From assembly GCA_012295275.1 (NCBI GenBank), contig CM022665.1:31620001-31684000 (forward strand): DNA of 64,000 bases, in the 5' to 3' direction. Source of the stretch: Chrysomallon squamiferum (taxonomy: Eukaryota; Animalia; Mollusca). This document shows positions 55,420-64,000 of the stretch, piece after piece. Under the pieces are notes generated by a model that saw nothing but the letters and a program-made list of their open reading frames with translations, had not been told where the DNA came from and searched no databases. The position numbers and the translations under genes were made by a program. Position 1 is the stretch's first letter, and each line of letters starts with the position of its first letter.

Positions 55420-57420
55420 TTTAAAATAATTGTAAAATAAATGTTAAAAAAAAAGAATGAAAGAATAGAAAAACAAAAACAGGACAGAGATGATAAAAGA
55501 TTTCTTCCTTGTTAAGTCAAAAATTACCTCTGCTGTATCCAGTATCCACACTCAGAAACACTGACCATTTTTTTCCTGATTCAAGAGGTGCATTGCTCAG
55601 TACATTAATAGCATGGGATGAGTCAAACATAAAATGCATATCATGGCTATTTGCTAATTTGCTACATCTGAAAGAAAAAACTTTTTTTTTGAAGGAGAGT
55701 GATCAGTTCTCAATGTTTGTCAATGTTATGAACAAAATCTGTTTGATTGTTCTATTTTTTCCAACTTGAGTATGAGACTGAACAAGAATTCCATCTAATA
55801 AGCCATTAAGACTGATTTTTCTAAATGTTATTCTAATTTAAAGATACATATGCATGTGTTTGTACACATATGTTGATTATTTATGCTTAAGAGAAGACTC
55901 CGGTGTGGTGGTATGAAATTTCAGAAATGTGAATCACATTGCAATACAAATGTCTGAAACATACTAGAGGTATCATAACACAGGAAATAAAGTAGAACAA
56001 ATACACCATTATTTAATACTTTCATAAAAATGTTATTTTTGATAAATATAAAAAGTGGTTGGATTTATATTAATGAGATATTTATAAACAAGTAAGTCAC
56101 TTTTGCTAAAATGCAATCTGATTTAATCACTGATTAAGGTGGGTGTCTATAGATTCACAATATATTTCAACATTGAAACTTTACCAGAAAATAACCAATT
56201 AAACAGAAACATTTGAACAACATCAGAAGGCCACATTATTAATTTACTGATACCAAACCTTTCTATTTTATCTGCTGTAATTGGAATCCCATACAAAATG
56301 TCATCAAAGCCATTATCTGCATAAAAATGAGCTTCCCTGATAGTGGACACAACAATTCTTTGTTTGGTTCCTCCTGTCTGAATTAATGCCAGTTCTCTAA
56401 AAAAGAGAATTACAATATTCATGTAACTGAAGAAAAAATAACACACACACATTCATATACATATACATATAAAATTTTAGGAATGCATTCAAGGTTTCAT
56501 TAAAAAGAAAAAATATATATTTGGTAAATGATAGGGTCTCATGTTTGTATCATATAAAAATATTTATCTTAAGACTTTAAGATATATCTAAAAATACACA
56601 TCTAATCACATGTATGATGTGGAATACACATATTTTGTATTAAATAAATAAAAGTCCAAATAACTTGATATCACATTAATAAAATTTGGTTTTAATATCG
56701 AAAAAATGTCCACAATATGTTTTCTAAAATATGTATTTAATAAAAATGCACTACATAAAACAGATTATACAAATAAGATAAGTATATCTTCTTTAGTATT
56801 TCATAACATCCTTAAATATGTATACCCAAGAATAATAATTATTGTTTAGTAATTTTTAATCAGAAATAAAATGATATAAAGACTAAAAATATAAACAAAA
56901 CTTAAAATGCAAGTAGAGATTGGCAACTTCAATTTGAATAACCCAGCTATGTTGCTAAATGTGTGAAATAAATAAATAAATAAATAAATAAATAAAATAT
57001 TTTTTTAAAAAGAATGAATATTTAGCTAATTATCAGTGATAGTTTAGATTTATGGTATTCTTCCCAGACCTTTCAGTCTTGGATTTTTAAATCTGAAAAC
57101 TCTAGTAATTTGTACAATTTCCAGGAAGTACTAGAATCACTGGGTGCATTAAGATGTTAGAAGCTATTTCCCACCAAGTTTTGAAACTAAAACTTTCTAT
57201 AATTATTCTTCACTGATTTTTCAAACTATTTTTTTCAGACTGTTATAATATACACTTACATGGTTTTGTGAGTCTTTGTATGAGGACGAAGTTGTATACC
57301 AAATTCCTTGCATATCTCCAGCATTTTCAAACCATTATGTTTAGCTTTTGCAAGATCCACTAGAAAACATGGAGTTGGGAGATCAACAACAGTGGCAGGC
57401 AGGCTTCCACTTGATTCCAT
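50740..57420 (-). CDS. D-serine dehydratase / D-threonine aldolase / D-threo-3-hydroxyaspartate dehydratase family (PLP fold type III, metal-dependent), 9 exons, 378 aa
   Basis: Exons 57420-57260, 56396-56259, 55667-55528, 54694-54625, 54102-53992, 52892-52771, 52090-51892, 51492-51387, 50829-50740; total 1137 nt in frame. Motifs [18 protein letters not shown] (PLP lysine), [36 protein letters not shown] (metal ligands), C-terminal RGW. Confidence 0.93.
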
Positions 57421-59367
57421 GTCTAAAATAAATAAATAAGTAATTAGGTAAATAAATAAATAAGAAATAAATAAAATGTAATACATTCTTAATAACTATT
57501 TATCTCAGTTTACCATTAGTTAAATGCAATACATTTACTGTCTCTATTTATTATTATTATTATTATTATTATAAAAATTATTTTATGCTTTTCTTGGGAT
57601 ATTATCAACTTTGGCAGTTTAACCATCAAACCAAAATTTGTTTTCTTTCCTTGAAAAAAATGAAGTATTCTTTAATAAAATTTAATATAAATTTCTGGAT
57701 GGTGTTAACTAGAGATATTATCTGATTATGCTGTTTGATGTTTATTTTGATTTTGTATAATAATATAAAATGTCTTTGATTCATTATGTTAAGCAATTTA
57801 TTTACCACATCAACAGTTTATGTCTAAAAAGCAAAACTAAATGTTTTAATTTAACAGTTATTGCTACAAATCTTGAATCTTATTAAAAACAATTTTACAG
57901 AAATGCGAAAATTCACTGTTGTTGAAGTTTGGAATAATTTATGTGGAAGTTTCTACCAAATTATTTCTAAAATCCAATATAATGCATAATAAAATCAAAA
58001 ACAAAAATCTTTTCTCTTATTTTTTTTAAATTTTATTTTAAAAATAAATAAATAAATAAAACTGTATTTCAGTATAATATTATTAGAACTATTTACAGCA
58101 CTTTCAAATAAAAAAAACCTAAGTCTGAAATGTTCTGGATGAAAGGATAACAAATTAATTTTATGCGACTTCTAGATCAAAACAAAGATGGAATGAGAAA
58201 AGAAAAATTTCCCAACTAACAAAACCTTGAATTGAATAAAATGAAAACTGAACATAATTGATTACCTTCTACCATGAATTATACGCTACACATAGACTGA
58301 TTATAGTATAATTATATTAATACTGTACCGGTGTGCTACAATCATGTGCCGATTTATTGCAATATAATATAGTTATTAACTCAATAACTGTACAAAAATG
58401 TCATTATGATTTTATGACAGCATTCAATTTAGCATTTGTGTTTGTATCATCAGCTTGTTATCTAAACAAGTTCCTGGTGGCATTTGACCTACCCTATAGT
58501 TACACAATAGCAAACAAAAGCCAAAGAAAATGACAAACCGTTTAATGTAGCTGTTTAGACTGGTTTCATTCATACAGCTAATATTATAGAACGATCTACA
58601 TCGCAACAAGAAATAGTGTGTCTTTTAATTTTTTTTTTTTTTTTTTTTTTTTAAATACATCTGTGCATGAATGGTATAATTTCATTTTAGGATTTAATTA
58701 GATTTAATTATATTGTTAATGTCAGGAGACGATTTGACATCAGAGAATCATTATACAAGAAAATAATAAGTGATGAGAATTAGAAAGTTTATTGTATTTA
58801 ATTATTCACATTTTTAATATAGGTGCAGGAGACTGCGTTCTCTGAAAAGAAAAATTTAAACAACCTTATGAGACGACCCCCTACCCGCTTCCAAATTACG
58901 ACAAGACCTGTTATTAGGTTGATTAACAGGTAGACTCATTCACACGAAGCTTTCTATTTAACATATGATACTAATTTTGCGAATATGTAACATTAATGTT
59001 ATCCTTTACTTACCTGTAGCGTATATATTCACAAATATATCTAGTAACAGCAGTTTATTACTCTTTTTAATCATCGATTTTGGTCGGTAGGTGCTGTTTT
59101 GATTTTTATCTGACGAAAATCAAACACATTTCAATGAACAGCTGTTTGTACAACATCAAGGATTTGAACATTTCCACAATGGTTAACATAATGCATGTAA
59201 TAATGATCTGTAATATTTGTTTTCCCCTGATCTGTCAGTCTTAGTATCTGAATGTCTGTTTCTGTGTCAGTTTATTTAGTGTTCTGTCTGTATTTATTTT
59301 TATTTTAAAATCTTTATTCAAAGTTTAAAAATGTTTTTTTTTTTTTTTTTGTTCGAAAAGTCGTGAT

Positions 59368-59420
59368 CAAGGCGGGATTACCCATATAGGCTTTCTAGGC
59401 TAGAGCTTAGGGTGACAGTT
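59368..59420 (+). mobile_element. Possible MITE fragment (PIF/Harbinger-like end)
   Basis: CAAGGCGGGATTACCCATATAGGCTTTCTAGGCTAGAGCTTAGGG resembles a common invertebrate MITE terminus. The other end was not found. Confidence 0.3.
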
Positions 59421-61344
59421 TATGAAAACTGTTACATAGTATCCTTTTCAGATGATAGCCTACTTCTTATAGCAGACTATGGCTCTCTGTTGATAATGTA
59501 TTTTTTACAGTATATGCAGGTCACACCCCTCTCTTAATGTGGTATGGTTTAAAGGCCCTATTGGGCAGTGTTGGCTAATAATAAGACTGTGGCTCCATGA
59601 TGCATCACAAATACATGTGTTTGAAAAGTTAAGCCATCAGAAAACAACAACAAAAAAAAAAAAAAAAAAAAAAAACACCAACAAAAAACATTCTGTTTTA
59701 AGATATTTATTAATTAAATAAGAACTGTAAACAAATTCTTAGTGAATCGAGTAAAGGAGTCTAAAGTGTTAATATTAATTGTTATTAATCAGCTTTTGGT
59801 ATTACCTTTATATTAATTAAATAATTTAATTGTAATATAATTAATATATTTTTTTATTATTTATCTATTTATTTATTAATTATTATTATTTATTTATTTA
59901 TTTATTTATTTTGATATTTTGAGTGGTCCGTACGGATTGTGAGACGACATGGCGCTTTTTTAGTTGATACCCGCTCTATCCCTCTAGGGCGATAATGCAA
60001 CGTGGTATCTTGCACGTACTCTCGACATCCTGTACCATGACAGAGTAGAAAAGCAGTAACATTAAGCTGTAACTTACCCGATACACTATAATATTTAGTA
60101 AATGTATACACTCCCTGATTATACAGAGATTCTAAGTGTTCTTGATCCTTTGTTCGCGTCCTTTCTTTTTTTTCTTCTTTTTTTTCCCTTTTTTTTTTCA
60201 TGTTTCTTCTGCTCTGTTTTGTAAATATTGTACAAATGACAAAGACTGAAAGAATGGTTGTCGAATGCCATAGTTACAAGTTAAGCAATAATAATAATAA
60301 TATTAATAATGTTTCGATTTTGTGAATCCATTTAAAATTGTTTGGATAAAAAGGGGGAAAAAAATGTTAACTGACGACTAAAGGTTATTAAAATGAAATT
60401 AATTTAAGACGATGATATTTGTTACTTAGTTTATTTTACTTACTTATTTATTCATTTATTGTTGTTTGTTTGTTTTTTTGTTGTTGTTTTTTTACATTTT
60501 TTTTATATTTTTTATTACTAATATTCACTTAAATGTGACACAATGTCGTAACCTCTGGATTAAGAACTGTTATTTATGTTAAGTTTGTGGATATGTATTG
60601 CGTTTTTCTGCATCTTGGCAAAATACAGGACTGATACCGAGAAAGATATCTAATTTCTAACTTTTTAATATGAATTGATTTGTTGGTGAAACAACACTTG
60701 TTTATTTTAATTACCATATGTTAATGCATACATTCTGAACATTATAATTTGTTTAGACATTATTTAAAGTCGTTATATATATATGTAACCACAATTTTTC
60801 ACTATATACATATATTATAAACAATACTAATGGTGGCAGCAGTAGTAATATTATTATTATTATAATAAAAACAACAATAGCAAATAGAAAAGAGATGACA
60901 AGAATACCGAAAAAAACAAAGAAAAAGAAAAATTACCACGAAATAAAAATAAAAAAAAATCGGCAAAGAATAAGAAATAATATTAATATTATATATCTGA
61001 CAGGAAAACAAATCACAATTTTTCTTTTGTATTAAATGTTGTTTTGTGCCACAGGAATGGAATCAAAAATTATTTTAACCATTTTATAGATAATAATGCT
61101 CTTAGCATCCCGACTGAAATGTAATCGATTTAAGTAAGCATGTCCAAATACGACTGCATTAGATTTTAACTTAAAAACCAAGCAAAGCAAAATTAATAAC
61201 AATATAGACAGAATCATTATTTCTGAATTTATTAGATCATAAACATGTTCACTTTCAATTCTGCTTTATGAGCTATGATATTAAATGAAGAAGAAGAAGG
61301 AAAAGAAGAAATACGAAAAGAATAAAGAAAGAAGAAAAATGCAT

Positions 61345-61485
61345 GCGGCCCGCGCGGCTTTCTGAGTGGCCCGCCTAATTTCAAAAGGAATAATAAAATC
61401 TCCGATTAAATTAGTACCTGCGGCCCGCCTGAGGACCAGCCATGTCTCATGGTGCCCGCTTCTCGAAAAAGATTGCCCATGCCTG
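61345..61485. mobile_element. hAT (Charlie-like) MITE right-end fragment
   Basis: Repeated GCGGCCCGC subterminal motifs and terminal ATTGCCCATGCCTG (reverse complement CAGGCATGGGCAAT), typical of hAT-Charlie ends. Confidence 0.65.
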
Positions 61486-61808
61486 TTCTATTGTGAATGC
61501 ACTCATTTAGGTTTCTAGGCGTTCTTTATTCGCTTCAACAGCTTTAATGGAACAATTAAGTACCATTTTTATTTTTTTTTAAAAACTAACTTTATTTGAT
61601 TGAAAGAAAACTATTTTCAGTATACAAAATCTATTACAGGAAAATATTTTATATTTCATGTTTACAAAAGTCTGCCTGGACGTCAAACGGGTTATATCAG
61701 CTTAGAAATGCTACAGCATCATGTCCGTTTTCATTTGTCCTTTAATCAGCTGTTATTTGATATATATTATTATATGTTTTATTTAAATATCTCTCAAATG
61801 TCAGAAAC

Positions 61809-62300
61809 TTAATTGTTCAGCAAGATGGTTAATAGTTTTGAACATCCGAGAAGTGCAGTGATGAAAACGGTTGCTGCAGATAGTTGACTAACACCTTGTG
61901 TTGTCGCCTCCATTGATGCTGTGGTGGTATTCTGTGTAACAGTAGACGTTTCATTGCCAGAGCTGCTTTCAGAACTGCTTTCAGTACTACTTTCAGTACT
62001 GATATCAGTATTGTTACTTGCTGCGGTCGAAGACCCGTCAACACCTAATAATTAACAAATGATATAATAATAAAACATTTCTGAATTAGTCATTTTTTTC
62101 TTCTCCGCATTTTAATTTTACTTTTTTTCTTATCATCATAATCATTTATTCTTATTTTTGTATATATAGCATATTTATAAATGCATACATTCACACATAC
62201 ATATTTTAAAGGTAACAATTATAACCTGAAATTAATACTTACATAAATTAAGTAACAGACATACATACAATACCACAGAGATCTGGAACCATGTTGCCAT
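61809..62300 (-). CDS. Small Ser/Thr-rich, putatively GPI-anchored glycopeptide precursor (97 aa)
   Basis: Exon 62300-62243 (AG|ATG; MATWFQISVVLYVCLLLNL; T|GTAAGT, phase 1) plus exon 62044-61809 gives ...NLCVDG-SSTAASNNTDISTESSTESSSESSSGNETSTVTQNTTTASMEATTQGVSQLSAATVFITALLGCSKLLTILLNN*. Confidence 0.82.
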
Positions 62301-62362
62301 CTTAAAAAAATATATAATAATAATAATATTAAATTTTAAAATTTTAAATTTAAAACAAGCAG

Positions 62363-62394
<32 letters not shown>

Positions 62395-63094
62395 CAAACA
62401 AACCCGTAAGAATTAAAAATAAAAATGTTGTAGCCAAAAAAAATTAATAAAATAAATAAATAAATAAATAATAAAATAAAACAAATAAAAATTAAAAATT
62501 ATTTAGCTGTATTTTTTATTATATTTTTTTTTAGGGGAATTGTTTTATCATTGAAATTAACTATTTTAATTTAGCAATCAGGAGTAAATTGTAAATTAAA
62601 AGTGTATATGTATGTCTTTATTAATTAATTTCTTTATATATACGTATTTTACTAAACAGCGTTATACAGTCACGTTGTAAATTAAGCGATGATAATTAAG
62701 CAGAAAACAACACAAACAAATAAACAAAAAGACTTCAGTACAATATTATAGAATGTGTAATTGGTTTTTGGTGTTTTGTTGTTATTCTTAATGTTGCGGT
62801 TTTTAAGTTTTGTAATATATTAAGTTTAATTTCAATTAAAATAATAATAATAATTGTGGTTGTAGCAGTAGTAATATTATTATTATAATAATAAAAACAA
62901 CAATAACAAATACAAAATTAAAATATAGTAAACCGAAAGAAAAAAAGAAAAAGAAAAATAACCACGAAAAAATAAACAAGGAATAAAAAATTATATTAAG
63001 AAACTGCATCAAAAATAAAGATAACTTTTAAATGCTACTAAATAAATTAAATATTACAGTATTTATCAAACTATTTAGATTTGTAATGTTTTAC

Positions 63095-63253
63095 CTTATC
63101 AGGATTTTCCTAAGGAAACTGTTCTTTTCACTTAATTTCGTACAACTCTATCCACTTTCAGTGACTGAAACGACAGCTCAGTAATAAAATATTTTAAGAC
63201 GAAAGAAATGTAGGCTTCCTCAGTGAAGATAGCGGGTTTAAAGTTCTTTATAT
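63095..63253 (-). promoter_or_regulatory. Candidate TATA box and non-coding exon 1 of the small glycopeptide gene
   Basis: TATATAAAG on the minus strand at ~63254-63246 and donor AAG|GTAAAA at 63095/63094. The coding exon begins directly after an acceptor, so an upstream UTR exon is required. Confidence 0.5.
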
Positions 63254-63505
63254 ACCTGTTTGCCTTCAGCCGATGCGCAAAGGTTAAGAAAGTATCAAAT
63301 AACAACGCGAAATTTGAATCATGTTACTGTTTTAAAACTCGCACTAACATTTCATCCTGGAATATCCGGGAATCATCTGAGTCACGAAAGGTAAAACTTC
63401 TTTAAAGACATTTTCACGTAGGCCTACTCCTGTTTACTAGAAATAAAGTGTTATTTTTCAGTTTACGAATTTCCTTGTAAGCAATATAAATAAATAAATT
63501 AATTA

Positions 63506-63509
<4 letters not shown>

Positions 63510-63562
<53 letters not shown>

Positions 63563-63638
63563 TACAATAACAATAAAAGAAAATGAAAGTAACAAGGATT
63601 AAATAATAAATAAATAAATAAATTAATTAATTAATAAT

Positions 63639-63673
<35 letters not shown>

Positions 63674-63725
63674 TAACAATAAAAGAAAATGAAAGTAACA
63701 AGGATTAAATAATAAATAAATAAAT
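63510..63725 (+). repeat. (AAT)n-flanked tandem duplication of a ~105-bp unit
   Basis: ACAATAACAATAAAAGAAAATGAAAGTAACAAGGATTAAATAATAAATAAAT occurs twice. Confidence 0.85.
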
Positions 63726-64000
63726 TCTAAGAATAAAAAATTTCAATTTTGTGTTAAATATATATGTATATATATTAATAATAAAAATTAAAAATAAATA
63801 AAAATCTTAACAACTGAAACAAAAAGAAAATAAAGATTACTTAAATTAGTACTAAAAAAAAGGAAATAAAAATAAAGAAATAAGTAAAGAAATAAATCAA
63901 AAATGCGTATAACGTTTCAGTTAAAAAAGATCAATGAATTAACTGCTTTTAATATCAAAATTCTTTAACTCCAGCTGGTCTTCTGTCTCTGTAATCCATT

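Noticed and set aside
59005-59020. ACTTACCTG resembling the U1 snRNA 5' end
   Set aside because: It is the reverse complement of a consensus splice donor; no U1 body follows.
61032-61217. 61-aa minus ORF with a hydrophobic N-terminus (MILSILLLILLCLVF...)
   Set aside because: T-rich DNA yields such stretches by chance; weak splice context and no other support.
61829-62044. ORF-track peptide MLTGLRPQQV...
   Set aside because: Wrong frame with a GTG start at a splice acceptor. The phase-1 frame gives the coherent Ser/Thr-rich GPI peptide.

Overview
AT-rich, microsatellite-dense animal genomic DNA with spliceosomal introns. Composition and repeat content suggest a mollusc, possibly an octopod cephalopod; that taxon call is inference. 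Most ORF-track entries are microsatellite noise or single exons, so genes were rebuilt by hand from GT-AG sites and phase. In order: an intronless 286-aa orphan ORF (-); a 2-exon secreted protein with 11 tandem 16-aa repeats (+); a 12-exon NT5DC1-like HAD nucleotidase (+) carrying a truncated duplicate exon, plus a long-TIR Sola2-like element and a deleted Tc1/mariner in one intron; a 6-exon four-TM MS4A/CD20-like gene (-); an intact cornifelin/PLAC8 gene and its tandem pseudogene (-); a 9-exon PLP fold-type III D-serine dehydratase/D-threonine aldolase-family gene (-); and a 97-aa GPI-anchored Ser/Thr-rich glycopeptide gene (-) that the ORF track missed. The best novelty candidates are the LKPALFPLGDEVVKPQ-repeat secreted protein, the CD24/CD52-like mini-glycoprotein, and a signal-peptide exon that would create an out-of-frame ORF overlapping the cornifelin start. 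Family assignments come from recalled motifs; no database searches were run.
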